From contig JBHACP010000014.1 of NCBI GenBank assembly GCA_041854605.1, positions 12,845-76,844 of the forward strand: 64,000 bases of DNA, read 5' to 3'. Below, piece by piece: positions 29,054-39,360 of the stretch. Origin of the DNA: Actinobacillus sp. (GTDB lineage: Bacteria > Pseudomonadota > Gammaproteobacteria > Enterobacterales > Pasteurellaceae). Below the pieces are notes generated by a model, which was not told where the DNA came from, ran no database searches, and was given only the letters and a program-made list of their open reading frames with translations. The position numbers and the translations under genes are program-made. Numbering within the stretch: the first letter of the stretch is position 1; each line of letters begins with the position of its first letter.

Positions 29054-30952
29054 ATGTCTAGTAACTTAAAAGTAAAAGTCCAAAGTTTTGGACGTTTCTT
29101 ATCTAATATGGTGATGCCGAATATCGGGGCATTCATCGCTTGGGGTTTTATTACCGCCTTATTTATTCCAACAGGTTGGTTGCCAAACGAAAGTTTCGCT
29201 AAACTGGTTGGACCGATGATCAGTTATTTACTCCCATTGTTAATCGGTTATAGCGGTGGTCGTTTAGCAGGTGGCGATCGTGGTGCGGTAGTGGGGGCGA
29301 TCACCACGATGGGTATCATTGTAGGTTCTGAAATTCCTATGTTCTTAGGGGCAATGATTGTTGGTCCTCTTGGCGGTTGGGCAATCAAAACTTTCGATAA
29401 GGCGATTGAGGGCAAAGTGAAAAGTGGCTTTGAGATGTTAGTTAATAACTTCTCGGCGGGTATCATCGGTATGCTTTTAGCCTTGTTATCATTCAGTGTA
29501 ATTGGTGGTATCGTTACTTCAATTTCAAATTTATTAGCAGCGGGCGTAAAAGCGTTAGTTGATGCTAATTTATTACCATTAACTTCGATCATTGTTGAAC
29601 CTGCGAAAATCTTATTTTTAAATAATGCCATCAACCACGGTATCTTCTCACCACTAGGTATTCAAGAATCTTCAGAAGTTGGCAAATCCATTTTCTTCTT
29701 AATTGAGGCGAATCCAGGTCCAGGTTTAGGCATCCTTTTGGCGTATATGCTTTTCGGTAAAGGTTCTGCGAAAAATACGGCAAGTTCAGCATCAATTATT
29801 CACTTCTTCGGTGGTATTCACGAGATTTACTTCCCGTATGTGTTAATGAATCCACGTTTAATTCTTGCGGTAATGGCAGGTGGGGCAACAGGTGTTTTAA
29901 CTAACACTTTATTTGGTGGCGGTTTAGTTTCGCCTGCTTCTCCAGGTTCCATTATTGCGGTATTAGCCATGACACCAAGCGGTGCTCACTTTGCGGTCAT
30001 TCTTTCCGTGATTCTTTCTTGTGCAGTAACTTTTACCGTTGCTTCTGTGTTAGTCAAAATGCAAAAAGTGGAAGATGATGAAGATGATGCCTTAGAATCA
30101 GCACAAGCCGAAATGGCAGCAATGAAAGCCCAAAGCAAAGGTGGTGCGGTGGCAGCCAATGCAGCGGTAGCAGGTGATTTTAGCAACATCAAAAAAATCT
30201 ATGTTTCTTGTGATGCTGGTATGGGTTCAAGTGCAATGGGGGCGAGCATGCTGCGTAAGAAAGTGCAAGCGGTAGGCTTATCAATTGAAGTGCAAAATAT
30301 TGCCATTAATGATTTACCACAAGATGCACAGTTAGTCGTTACTCATAAAGACTTAACCGCGCGTGCACAAAAACGTGTACCAACCGCACAACATTTATCA
30401 CTTAACAACTTCTTAGATGGTGCGTTTTACGATGGTTTAGTTGGTAAATTAACCGCTAACAGCACAGATAAAGTGATTCCAGTAGAAGTTGTGCCACAAG
30501 TGGCAATGGAGCGTGGCGGTTTAAATGTGACTAAAGATCAAATCTTCTTAAATTTAACCGCTCAAACCAAAGAAGAAGCGATTCAATTTGCTGGTGAACA
30601 ATTAGTCAAACTTGGTTTTGCGGAAAAAGAGTACATCCCCGCGATGTTTGAACGTGAACAGCAAGTTTCAACCTATTTAGGTGAAGGCATTGCTGTGCCA
30701 CATGGTACAATCGCAGCGAAAGATAAAGTACTCAAAACAGGTATCGTATTCTGTCAATATCGTGAAGGAGTGCGCTTCACCGATGAAGAAGATGGTGTGG
30801 CGAAACTTGTTATCGGTATTGCCGCTCGCAATAACGAGCATATTCAAGTCGTTAGCGCAATTACTAATGCGTTAGATGATGAAAAAACAATGTCGATTCT
30901 GACCTTGACGGATGATCCAGAGCAAGTGTTGAAATTGTTGAAAGGCGAATAA
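29054..30952 (+). CDS. mtlA: PTS mannitol-specific EIICBA component
   Basis: 632 aa. The N-terminus KVKVQSFGRFLSNMVMPNIGAFIAWGFITALFIP matches MtlA. A C-terminal EIIA domain is present (GIAVPHGT). Confidence 0.95.
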   Translation: MSSNLKVKVQSFGRFLSNMVMPNIGAFIAWGFITALFIPTGWLPNESFAKLVGPMISYLLPLLIGYSGGRLAGGDRGAVVGAITTMGIIVGSEIPMFLGAMIVGPLGGWAIKTFDKAIEGKVKSGFEMLVNNFSAGIIGMLLALLSFSVIGGIVTSISNLLAAGVKALVDANLLPLTSIIVEPAKILFLNNAINHGIFSPLGIQESSEVGKSIFFLIEANPGPGLGILLAYMLFGKGSAKNTASSASIIHFFGGIHEIYFPYVLMNPRLILAVMAGGATGVLTNTLFGGGLVSPASPGSIIAVLAMTPSGAHFAVILSVILSCAVTFTVASVLVKMQKVEDDEDDALESAQAEMAAMKAQSKGGAVAANAAVAGDFSNIKKIYVSCDAGMGSSAMGASMLRKKVQAVGLSIEVQNIAINDLPQDAQLVVTHKDLTARAQKRVPTAQHLSLNNFLDGAFYDGLVGKLTANSTDKVIPVEVVPQVAMERGGLNVTKDQIFLNLTAQTKEEAIQFAGEQLVKLGFAEKEYIPAMFEREQQVSTYLGEGIAVPHGTIAAKDKVLKTGIVFCQYREGVRFTDEEDGVAKLVIGIAARNNEHIQVVSAITNALDDEKTMSILTLTDDPEQVLKLLKGE

Positions 30953-31081
30953 GCCAAATTCCCTCGCCGCCTAGGTTATATGGTGATGAGGGTTTTATTA
31001 TGTAGAGGCGGACACAGGACCAGTCCATACATAGCAAGCGGTCATATTTTTTAGAAATTTTACACATTAGAGGAATAGACA

Positions 31082-32248
31082 ATGAAGGCATTACATTTTG
31101 GTGCAGGGAATATCGGTCGTGGTTTTATCGGTAAACTTTTAGCGGATTCTGGGGTATTTGTCACCTTCGCTGACATCAACCAAACCCAAATCGAGCAAAT
31201 CAACCAAAACAAGCAATATGGCGTAAAAATTGTGGGTGATGCTAGCCGTACTGAAATTGTGAAAAACATTGCCGCAATCAATTCAAAAGATGAGGCTGCA
31301 GTCATTGAACAAGTGAAAACAGTGGATTTGATCACCACAGCGGTTGGTCCAAATGTATTGGGCTTCATTGCGCCACTGTTCGCGAAAGCATTAGCGGCTC
31401 GTGTCGGATCAGATAACAGCAAACCATTAAACATCATTGCTTGTGAAAATATGGTACGTGGTACGTCCTTCTTCAAAGCTAAAATCTTTGAAAACCTAAG
31501 TGCGGAACAACAAGCAGCAATCGAACAAACCGTTGGTTTTGTGGATTCAGCGGTGGATAGAATTGTGCCACCGGCGGAACTGAATCCGAATGATCCGCTT
31601 GAAGTAACAGTGGAAGAGTTTAGCGAATGGATTGTCGATCAAACTCAATTTAAAGGGCAGATTCCAGACATCAAAGGTATGGAGCTGACCGACAACTTGA
31701 TGGCATTCGTGGAACGTAAATTGTTCACTCTAAATACAGGTCACTTAATTTCAGCCTACCTTGGTAAACAAGCGGGCGTGAAATGGATCAAAGAAGCGAT
31801 TGCAATTGAAAATGTGAAGAAAGCAGTGAAAGCAACGATGGAAGAGAGCGGAGCAGTATTGATCAAACGTTATCGCTTCGATCCAGCGACACACGCAGCC
31901 TACATCGAGAAAATCCTCAAACGTTTCGCTAATCCATACTTAAATGACGATGTAAACCGTGTTGGACGTGAGCCAATTCGTAAACTTAGCCCGAATGACC
32001 GTTTAATCAAACCGTTATTAGGCACGTTAGAATATGGTTTGCCACACGATAATTTAGTAAATGGCGTGGTAATGGCATTGCAATATCGCAACGAAGATGA
32101 TCCACAAGCGGTCGAATTAGCGCAATTTATTGCAGACAACGGTGTAGCTGCAGCAGTGGCAAAATATACGGGTTTAACCGATCAAGAGTTAATCAACCAA
32201 ATAGCAGCACTTTACAAATGTTGCACCGTACAAGTTGTTGTAAAATGA
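31082..32248 (+). CDS. mtlD: Mannitol-1-phosphate 5-dehydrogenase
   Basis: [24 protein letters not shown] matches the MtlD N-terminus. The stop overlaps the mtlR start (ATGA). Confidence 0.95.
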   Translation: MKALHFGAGNIGRGFIGKLLADSGVFVTFADINQTQIEQINQNKQYGVKIVGDASRTEIVKNIAAINSKDEAAVIEQVKTVDLITTAVGPNVLGFIAPLFAKALAARVGSDNSKPLNIIACENMVRGTSFFKAKIFENLSAEQQAAIEQTVGFVDSAVDRIVPPAELNPNDPLEVTVEEFSEWIVDQTQFKGQIPDIKGMELTDNLMAFVERKLFTLNTGHLISAYLGKQAGVKWIKEAIAIENVKKAVKATMEESGAVLIKRYRFDPATHAAYIEKILKRFANPYLNDDVNRVGREPIRKLSPNDRLIKPLLGTLEYGLPHDNLVNGVVMALQYRNEDDPQAVELAQFIADNGVAAAVAKYTGLTDQELINQIAALYKCCTVQVVVK

Positions 32249-32763
32249 CCGTAGATAATTTTATCGAACAACTAAGCGAAGTACCTTCCTTGCGAGGGTT
32301 CTTCGCTTTAAGCGTTAATCAGTTTGTCACAGAAGTGGATAAATTGATTCAGCGAGTTTTTCGTAAAAATGATTTTGCCCTCAAATCAGTGGTGGACTCC
32401 TTATTTGAACATCAAGGTCCACTGGCTGAAATGTCGGTACGCCTCAAACTTTTGCTCGGCTTAGGTGTTATTTCACCGCAAGTATTTGAGGATATTTCCT
32501 TATTCATTGAGCTCAAACAGCAATTAAGCGATGAGGTGGATGAGTACCCTTTTTCTCACCCTGCGATTGTTAAATTTGCCCAAGATTTGCATCATGCCGA
32601 TCTCAGCCAAGTAACGCAATTGCTCAAACAGCCACTGGCAGAAAATAGTGATTCAGTGTTAGTGCAAATTCAACAGTCTCGCCTTGATCGAGTGATTCGT
32701 TCTAGTCTGATTTTAGCCATTATGAGTATTTGCGAAGCCTTAGGAGTGGACAGCCCGCTTTAA
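32245..32763 (+). CDS. mtlR: Mannitol operon repressor MtlR
   Basis: [47 protein letters not shown] parallels E. coli MtlR (VFRKDDYAVKYAVEPLLDGDGPLGDLSVRLKLIYGLGVI). Confidence 0.88.
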   Translation: MTVDNFIEQLSEVPSLRGFFALSVNQFVTEVDKLIQRVFRKNDFALKSVVDSLFEHQGPLAEMSVRLKLLLGLGVISPQVFEDISLFIELKQQLSDEVDEYPFSHPAIVKFAQDLHHADLSQVTQLLKQPLAENSDSVLVQIQQSRLDRVIRSSLILAIMSICEALGVDSPL

Positions 32764-33054
32764 TAGTAGCGGTCAAATATTACTCGCTTTTTCGGAGCTG
32801 TTGGCAAAGCCACGTTCAAGCGCAAGCGTTTGTGCTAAAAATTTGCAAAATAAATTTTGTGAGTCGCTTCTTACCGAATGGCTTTTTAGTCTTGTGCCGA
32901 TTTTTTCCCCAATTTTGCTTTATGGCTCTGGGCTCAATAGCCAAAATTATGAGCGTAGAAGGGATGATAGGCACACTGACTATCCTCACCTTTGGGAATC
33001 GGAAGTATTTTAACGGTTTATCTGTTGTCCTTGTTCTTGCTGTAATCCATTCTT

Positions 33055-33110
33055 CAAGCGGTCGAATTTCGTAAAAATTTTGCAAATTTGTCCAGAAATT
33101 TGACCGCTTG
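33055..33110. repeat. Inverted USS pair
   Basis: CAAGCGGTCGAATTTCG...AAATTTGACCGCTTG. It lies in the long mtlR-srlA spacer. Confidence 0.7.
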
Positions 33111-33298
33111 CACTTCCCTTCAAATCTTTCATCCCTCTAGAAATTTTTCATTTTAAAAGAAAAAATACTCTTCTTTTAGCTACTCACCTGCAATTGTAAG
33201 TTATTTTTTGCATTTTTATCGTTTTGAATGCAATAAATTAGGGCTTAATTTGTGTTTTTCATCAAAAATATTTTATTTTGATAAATTTATTACAATTT

Positions 33299-33314
33299 TG
33301 TGATCTTGATCACG
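33299..33314. promoter_or_regulatory. CRP site upstream of srlA
   Basis: TGTGATCTTGATCACG, about 90 nt upstream of the srlA ATG. Confidence 0.6.
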
Positions 33315-33402
33315 TTTTATTTTGAGAAAAGAATGTATCATTTGTGCTATTCCAGAATCGGAATGCAATAAAAGTTTTTCATTTTAAACATTGGAGGTCT
33401 TT

Positions 33403-33957
33403 ATGATCGAAACAATTACCCACGGAGCAGAATGGTTTATCGGTTTGTTCCAAAAAGGGGGCGAAACCTTAGTTGGAATGATGTCAAGCATTTTGCCGCT
33501 GTTGATTTCATTGTTAGTAGTGATGAATGCCTTAATCAAATTTGTGGGGCAAGACCGTATCGAACGCCTCGCACAACGTAGCGCAGGCAACCCGATTTCA
33601 CGTTATTTGATTCTCCCCGTGATTGGAACTTTCGTGTTCTGTAACCCAATGACATTAAGCCTTGGGCGTTTCTTGCCAGAACGCTACAAACCAAGCTACT
33701 ACGCCGCCGCTTCATATAGCTGCCACTCGATGAACGGCTTATTTCCACACATCAACCCAGGGGAACTATTCGTTTACTTAGGTATTGCCAACGGTTTAAC
33801 CTCCTTAGGTTTACCGTTGGGACCTTTAGCCATTAGCTACTTGCTCGTTGGGATGTTTACCAACTTCTTCCGTGGTTGGATCACCGACTTCACTACCGCA
33901 TTCTTTGAAAAACGAATGGGCGTGACATTAGAGCGTACCGTGAACCTATCACACTAA
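33403..33957 (+). CDS. srlA: PTS glucitol/sorbitol EIIC component
   Basis: [21 protein letters not shown] is identical in pattern to the E. coli SrlA N-terminus and the protein is colinear throughout. SD GGAGG. Confidence 0.95.
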   Translation: MIETITHGAEWFIGLFQKGGETLVGMMSSILPLLISLLVVMNALIKFVGQDRIERLAQRSAGNPISRYLILPVIGTFVFCNPMTLSLGRFLPERYKPSYYAAASYSCHSMNGLFPHINPGELFVYLGIANGLTSLGLPLGPLAISYLLVGMFTNFFRGWITDFTTAFFEKRMGVTLERTVNLSH

Positions 33958-34008
33958 TCCATTATGCAATAAATTTTCAAAATGAAAATTTTATAAAAGG
34001 AACAGATT

Positions 34009-35004
34009 ATGAGTAACAAAGCAATTTATATCGAAAAAGGTAATGGCGGTTGGGGCGGTCCATTAACACTGCCTGTGGTAGAAGGCAAAAAAGTCTTGTA
34101 TATGACAGGCGGCACTCGTCCTTCTATCGTCAATAAATTAGTGGAATTAACTGGCTGGGAAGCGGTGGACGGCTTTAAAGAAGGCGAACCACCAGCGGAA
34201 GAAATTGGCATTGCGATTATCGACTGCGGTGGCGTGTTGCGCTGCGGCTTGTACCCAAAACGTCGCATTCCAACCATCAATATTCACGCCACAGGCAAAT
34301 CAGGAGCATTAGCGGAATTTATTGTGGAAGACATTTATGTATCAGCGGTAAAAGAAAACAACATTCGTTTAGTGGAAGCCGATGGCACAGCCCCTGCGCC
34401 AGTAGCAGAGGCACCAAAAGCGGAAGCAAGTGGCGCAAAAGAATACGATTCAAGTAAAAAAATCACCGAACAGAGTGACGGCTTGTTGGCAAAAATTGGG
34501 ATGGGTATGGGCGCAGTCGCTGCACTCTTTTTTCAAGCAGGGCGAGACACCATCGACACTGTGTTGAAAACTATTCTACCGTTTATGGCATTCGTTTCCG
34601 CCTTGATTGGGATCATCATCGCTTCAGGCTTAGGTGATTTTATCGCCCAAGGTTTGACCCCGCTCGCCAATAGCCCTATCGGCTTGGTGACCTTGGCGCT
34701 GATTTGTTCTTTCCCGCTGCTTTCGCCGTTCTTAGGGCCTGGGGCTGTTATCGCACAGGTCATCGGCGTGTTGGTCGGGACACAAATCGGTTTGGGCAAT
34801 ATTCCGCCACACTTGGCGCTGCCTGCGTTATTTGCTATCAACGCACAAGCTGCGTGTGACTTCATTCCAGTCGGGCTTTCTATGGCAGAAGCGAAACAAG
34901 ACACCGTGCGTGTGGGCGTGCCGTCAGTGCTTGTCAGCCGCTTCTTAACAGGTGCGCCAACCGTGTTACTGGCTTGGGCTGCCTCCGCATTTATCTATCA
35001 CTAA
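34009..35004 (+). CDS. srlE: PTS glucitol/sorbitol EIIBC component
   Basis: [12 protein letters not shown]...[23 protein letters not shown]...colinear with E. coli SrlE. Confidence 0.95.
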   Translation: MSNKAIYIEKGNGGWGGPLTLPVVEGKKVLYMTGGTRPSIVNKLVELTGWEAVDGFKEGEPPAEEIGIAIIDCGGVLRCGLYPKRRIPTINIHATGKSGALAEFIVEDIYVSAVKENNIRLVEADGTAPAPVAEAPKAEASGAKEYDSSKKITEQSDGLLAKIGMGMGAVAALFFQAGRDTIDTVLKTILPFMAFVSALIGIIIASGLGDFIAQGLTPLANSPIGLVTLALICSFPLLSPFLGPGAVIAQVIGVLVGTQIGLGNIPPHLALPALFAINAQAACDFIPVGLSMAEAKQDTVRVGVPSVLVSRFLTGAPTVLLAWAASAFIYH

Positions 35005-35094
35005 TTTTGTTCCAACAAGCGGTCGTTTTTAGGAAAAATTTTGCAAATTCCTAAATAAATCCACCCACTTGTACCTAAAAAGAGGAGTCAGATT

Positions 35095-35460
35095 ATGACC
35101 ATTATCTATCAAACCACCTTTACTAAAATCGGTAATTTCGCCCGTGATGCGCTTGAAGAGGGGATGCTTATTACTTTCAAACAAGGCGCACCCGCAGATC
35201 TCGAAGACTATTGCTTTATCCACAGTCACGGCGCATTACAGGAGGAATTTAAAGCAGGCGATGTGGCGGAATTTGATGGCGCAGAATACATCATTACGGC
35301 GGTCGGCGATGTTGCTAATGACAATTTAAGAGATTTAGGGCACGTAACTTGGCGTTTTGATGGGGCTGACGTGGCGGAATACCCAGGGACAGTTCACGTG
35401 AAAGGCGCAACGCCACAAAATTTAGACGTAAATAGCACATTAGTGATCAAACGCAGTTAG
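35095..35460 (+). CDS. srlB: PTS glucitol/sorbitol EIIA component
   Basis: 121 aa, in the third position of the srl operon. MTIIYQTTFTKIG... is the SrlB-type start. Confidence 0.9.
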   Translation: MTIIYQTTFTKIGNFARDALEEGMLITFKQGAPADLEDYCFIHSHGALQEEFKAGDVAEFDGAEYIITAVGDVANDNLRDLGHVTWRFDGADVAEYPGTVHVKGATPQNLDVNSTLVIKRS

Positions 35461-35496
35461 CTAAAATTTTCATTTAAAAAATTAGAGGACATAATT

Positions 35497-36285
35497 ATGA
35501 GTAACGCAAAAAAAGTAGCAATCGTGGTTGGCGGTGGTCAAACCTTGGGTGCCTTTTTATCCGAAGGCTTGGCAGACGCAGGCTATCGAGTGGTAGTGGC
35601 AGATTTAAACGGCGATAACGCCCAAAATGTCGCAAATACCATCAATGCCAAACAAGGCACAGGCAATGCAATTGGCGTGCAAGTGGATGCTGCTTCAGAA
35701 GCAAGCGTGGAAGCGCTTGCCAAAGCCACCGATGAAGCCTTCGGGCGTGCGGATGTGTTGGTTTATAGCGCAGGGACAGCAAAAGCCTCGCCGATTTGGG
35801 ATTTCAATTTGAATGATTTTGATTTATCCGTTAAAGTGAATCTCACTGGTTATTTTTTGAGCGCCAAACACTTCTCGCGCCTGATGATTCGTGACGGCAT
35901 TAAAGGTCGCATTATTCAAATCAATTCCAAATCAGGCAAAGTGGGCAGCAAATATAACTCAGGTTATAGCGCAGCGAAATTTGGCGGCGTGGGTTTAACC
36001 CAATCATTAGCCCTAGACCTAGCCGACAAAGGCATTACCGTGCATTCATTGATGTTAGGCAACTTGCTCAAATCGCCGATGTTCCAATCGCTCATTCCGC
36101 AATATGCGAAAAAACTGGGCATTCCAGAAAACGAAGTGGAGCAGGTCTATATCGACAAAGTCCCACTCAAACGTGGTTGCGATTATCAAGACGTACTAAA
36201 CGTATTGAAATTCTACGCTAGCGAAGAAGCCTCATACTGCACGGGGCAATCCATCAATATCACAGGCGGACAGGTAATGTTCTAA
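35497..36285 (+). CDS. srlD: Sorbitol-6-phosphate 2-dehydrogenase (SDR family)
   Basis: SDR family: glycine-rich NAD motif VVGGGQTLG and YSAAK catalytic motif. Position follows srlB. Confidence 0.92.
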   Translation: MSNAKKVAIVVGGGQTLGAFLSEGLADAGYRVVVADLNGDNAQNVANTINAKQGTGNAIGVQVDAASEASVEALAKATDEAFGRADVLVYSAGTAKASPIWDFNLNDFDLSVKVNLTGYFLSAKHFSRLMIRDGIKGRIIQINSKSGKVGSKYNSGYSAAKFGGVGLTQSLALDLADKGITVHSLMLGNLLKSPMFQSLIPQYAKKLGIPENEVEQVYIDKVPLKRGCDYQDVLNVLKFYASEEASYCTGQSINITGGQVMF

Positions 36286-36290
36286 CCAAT

Positions 36291-36344
36291 AAGCGGTCAG
36301 ATTTCCCCCAAAATTTGCAAAAATTTGTTAAAATCTGACCGCTT
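36291..36344 (+). terminator. Inverted USS pair hairpin after srlD
   Basis: AAGCGGTCAGATTT...AAATCTGACCGCTT followed by GTTTCATTTT. It may be only a partial terminator, because gutM/srlR/gutQ follow. Confidence 0.5.
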
Positions 36345-36356
36345 GTTTCATTTTCG

Positions 36357-36415
36357 TAGATGGGCTTTAGCCCATCAAAAACGTTAATTAGATTGATGGG
36401 CTAAAGCCCATTCTA
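36357..36415. repeat. Pair of inverted 22-23-nt units, each containing an ATGGGC-N4-GCCCAT palindrome
   Basis: TAGATGGGCTTTAGCCCATCAA (36357-36378) and TTGATGGGCTAAAGCCCATTCTA (36393-36415) are near reverse complements of each other. They lie just upstream of gutM. Confidence 0.8.
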
Positions 36416-36429
36416 CAAAAGGAATCATT

Positions 36430-36804
36430 ATGGATTCAACCACGGCGCTGATTACCCTTGCCATTGCGATGTGGCTGTTACAAATTTTTCTCGGCTGGCG
36501 ACAAGTGCGAGCTTTTAATGAAGCCTTTATGGAAATCAGCCAAAAAGGCAAGGTGACGGTTGGCAGAAATAGCGGACGATTCAACCCGAAAGCGGTGATT
36601 GTGTTGGCGTTTGATGAAAACCAAAAAGTGATTGATAGCCTTTGTATGAAAGGCTTTTCTGTTTTTGCTAGCCCGCAAAAATTAACGGAAGTGATTGGCT
36701 TGCATTTAGATGAAATCGTGCCTGAAAAGATTTTTCCGAGCGACAAACGGTTGCAATTCGCCTTAAAAGTCGCCCTTTCTACCTCGCATAGCGGTTCAAA
36801 ATAA
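36430..36804 (+). CDS. gutM: Glucitol operon activator GutM
   Basis: 124 aa. N-terminal transmembrane segment LITLAIAMWLLQIFLGWRQVRAFN, as in E. coli GutM (SrlM). Position matches. Confidence 0.85.
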   Translation: MDSTTALITLAIAMWLLQIFLGWRQVRAFNEAFMEISQKGKVTVGRNSGRFNPKAVIVLAFDENQKVIDSLCMKGFSVFASPQKLTEVIGLHLDEIVPEKIFPSDKRLQFALKVALSTSHSGSK

Positions 36805-36873
36805 ACGAAATTTTGCAAAAATTTTCATTTTGAAACAGAATTAAACGTGGGATAATAACAGGAGCTTATTGAT

Positions 36874-37524
36874 ATGAATATTACTAGTGTCATTTTTGAT
36901 ATGGACGGCGTGATGATTGACTCTGAACCACAATGGGCAGAAGCGCAAATCATCGAGCTTGCCAAATATGGTATTACCATTACCGAGGAAGATTGTGATA
37001 AATACACCCGTGGTACCCGTTTAGATCAGCTTGCCGATATTTGGATTCAGCGTTTTAATTTGAAAGTGGACAATGCCAGTTTGGTGGAAGCTATTTTAAA
37101 TCGCACTTGTGAAGCCATTGAAAATGAAGGCATGGCAATGCAAGGACTGTATGAATTGTTGGCTTATCTGAAAGCGCAAAATTTGCGTGTGGCGGTGGCG
37201 ACATCTTCACCCAATAAAGTGATTCAAGCGGTCTTTAAACGTTTAAATATTGCCGATTATTTTGAGATTCAATGCACAGCGTTTGATGAAAAATACGGCA
37301 AGCCGCATCCAGCGGTGTATTTGCGTGCAGTCGAAAAATTAGGCGTGCCAAAACACGAGTGCATTGTAATTGAAGATACAGTAACAGGGTTGATTGCGGC
37401 GAAAGCAGCTAGTTTGACTACTTTGCTCGTGAATCCAAATTATCAGCAAGATCGCTTTGCGATTGCCGATGGACGTTTTGCTTCATTACTTGATGTGCTG
37501 GAATACTTGAAAAGTGCTGTGTAA
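36874..37524 (+). CDS. HAD-superfamily sugar/hexitol phosphatase (YniC/HxpB-like)
   Basis: The DMDGVMIDSEPQW motif I is followed by the other HAD motifs (VATSS, KPHPAVY, EDTVTG). Embedded in the sorbitol cluster. Confidence 0.8.
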   Translation: MNITSVIFDMDGVMIDSEPQWAEAQIIELAKYGITITEEDCDKYTRGTRLDQLADIWIQRFNLKVDNASLVEAILNRTCEAIENEGMAMQGLYELLAYLKAQNLRVAVATSSPNKVIQAVFKRLNIADYFEIQCTAFDEKYGKPHPAVYLRAVEKLGVPKHECIVIEDTVTGLIAAKAASLTTLLVNPNYQQDRFAIADGRFASLLDVLEYLKSAV

Positions 37525-37563
37525 AAAATTACGCAAAAACGACCGCTTGTTTGGGAGAACATA

Positions 37564-38352
37564 ATGAAACCCTATGAGAGACAACAACAAATTTTAACTT
37601 ATTTGGCAACCAATGGGCGCACGGAAGTCGATGTGCTATCGACACATTTTCAATTGACTGGAGCGACCATTCGCAAAGATTTAACCGCTCTTGAAAATCA
37701 AGGCAAAGTGCTGCGCACTTATGGCAGTGTGGTTTTAGTGAATGAAAAACCTGCTCAACACAAGCCAGTGGAAGATCGTGACGATAAATCCTTGGTGCAA
37801 AAGACCGAAATCAATTTAGCCCAAAAACAGCTGATCGGCGAAAAAGCCGTTAGTTTGATCAGTGAAGGCGATTCCATTATTTTTGATGCGGGCAGCACGG
37901 TGTTACAAGTCATTCCAAACTTAACGCATTTCACTAATTTGTCGATTATGACCAATTGTTTGACCATTTTCCGTGAAATTCTAAAACTGAATAAATCTTA
38001 CAATTTGTTGATGTCTGGCGGTTCTTATCGTGAAAAATCGGAATCTTTCCACGGTTATTTTGCGGAATTGGCGTTTAGAAGTTCTACCTTCGACACGCTC
38101 TTTATCGGTACCGATGGCTTTGATTTGGATGTTGGTTTAACCACATTCAATGAAGTGTATAAAGTCAGTTCGTTGATGTGTGATGCGGCGAAGAAAGTGG
38201 TGGTGCTCGCCGATTCCAGCAAATTTGGGCGTAAAAGTCCGAACATTGTTTGCGGTTTGGACAAAATTCATACCATTATTACCGATAGTAATTTACCCGA
38301 AAAAATGCGAGAACAGATTCGAGCGAAAAATATCGAATTGCTGATCGTTTAA
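37564..38352 (+). CDS. srlR: Glucitol operon repressor (DeoR family)
   Basis: DeoR HTH (RQQQILTYLATNGRTEVDVLSTHFQLTGATIRKDL) plus a sensor domain. Located between gutM and gutQ, as in E. coli. Confidence 0.85.
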   Translation: MKPYERQQQILTYLATNGRTEVDVLSTHFQLTGATIRKDLTALENQGKVLRTYGSVVLVNEKPAQHKPVEDRDDKSLVQKTEINLAQKQLIGEKAVSLISEGDSIIFDAGSTVLQVIPNLTHFTNLSIMTNCLTIFREILKLNKSYNLLMSGGSYREKSESFHGYFAELAFRSSTFDTLFIGTDGFDLDVGLTTFNEVYKVSSLMCDAAKKVVVLADSSKFGRKSPNIVCGLDKIHTIITDSNLPEKMREQIRAKNIELLIV

Positions 38353-38361
38353 GAGGCATTT

Positions 38362-39297
38362 ATGGACTATTTAGACAGCGCAAAACAAACCCTTGGTAAT
38401 TATTGCCACGAAATCGACCGCTTGCAAAATCGTTTGTCATATGAATTTAATGAAGCTATTGAGCTGATTTTAAATTGCGCCGGGCGAGTGGTGGTAGCAG
38501 GTATTGGTAAATCGGGCTTGGTTGGTAAAAAAATGGTGGCAACGCTGGCTTCAACAGGCACGCCGAGTTTTTTCTTGCACCCCACTGAAGCCTTTCACGG
38601 TGATTTAGGAATGCTCAAGCCAATTGATGTGGTGATTTTGATTTCCAACAGCGGCGAAACCGATGATGTGAATAAGCTCATTCCAAGCCTGAAAAATTTC
38701 GGTAATAAAATTATTGCGATGACAGGCAATCCGCTTTCAACACTAGGCAAGCACGCCGATGTGATTTTAAATATCAATGTCGAGCGAGAAGCCTGCCCGA
38801 ATAACCTTGCACCAACCAGTTCCACGATGGTGACTATGGCATTGGGCGATGCCTTGGCGATCGCTTTAATTAACGCACGTCAATTTAAGGCAGAAGATTT
38901 TGCACGCTTCCATCCAGGTGGCAGCTTAGGACGTAAATTGCTCAATCGAGTACGTGATGTAATGAATCGCAACTTGCCAATCGCTAATGTGGAAACCAGT
39001 TTCACTGATTGTTTAACGGTGATGAACGAGGGCAGAATGGGCGTGGCGGTGATTATGCAAAATAGCAAACTGGAGGGCATTATTACCGACGGTGACATTC
39101 GCCGAGCCTTAGCTAAATTTGGCAGTGAAACACTGGCTAAAACCGCTGGTGAAATTATGACGAAAAACCCGAAAACGGTGGATGAAAATTTGTTTGTGGC
39201 AAAAGCGGAAGAGCTGATGAAAGCGTTGCATATTCATTCATTAGTTGCCGTAAATGAAAAAGGTGAACCAACAGGCTTAGTTGAATTTGCAAGTTAA
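38362..39297 (+). CDS. gutQ: D-arabinose-5-phosphate isomerase GutQ (SIS + tandem CBS)
   Basis: SIS motif GRVVVAGIGKSGLVGKKMVATLASTGTPSFFLHP, a C-terminal CBS pair, and its position at the end of the srl cluster. Confidence 0.9.
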   Translation: MDYLDSAKQTLGNYCHEIDRLQNRLSYEFNEAIELILNCAGRVVVAGIGKSGLVGKKMVATLASTGTPSFFLHPTEAFHGDLGMLKPIDVVILISNSGETDDVNKLIPSLKNFGNKIIAMTGNPLSTLGKHADVILNINVEREACPNNLAPTSSTMVTMALGDALAIALINARQFKAEDFARFHPGGSLGRKLLNRVRDVMNRNLPIANVETSFTDCLTVMNEGRMGVAVIMQNSKLEGIITDGDIRRALAKFGSETLAKTAGEIMTKNPKTVDENLFVAKAEELMKALHIHSLVAVNEKGEPTGLVEFAS

Positions 39298-39306
39298 AAG
39301 GTTTAT

Positions 39307-39353
39307 ACAAGCGGTGAAATTTTTGTAAAAAGTTGCAAAAATTTCACCGCTTG
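39307..39353. terminator. Inverted USS pair, bidirectional terminator between gutQ and the MscS-like gene
   Basis: ACAAGCGGTGAAATTTTTG...CAAAAATTTCACCGCTTG. Confidence 0.65.
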
Positions 39354-39360
39354 AGTTTAA

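Noticed and set aside
32730-33085. Three overlapping ORFs (32730-33074 +, 32801-33013 +, 32816-33085 -) in the mtlR-srlA spacer
   Set aside because: They are mutually exclusive, have no SD and carry no recognisable motif. The region is reported as unexplained spacer, not as coding.
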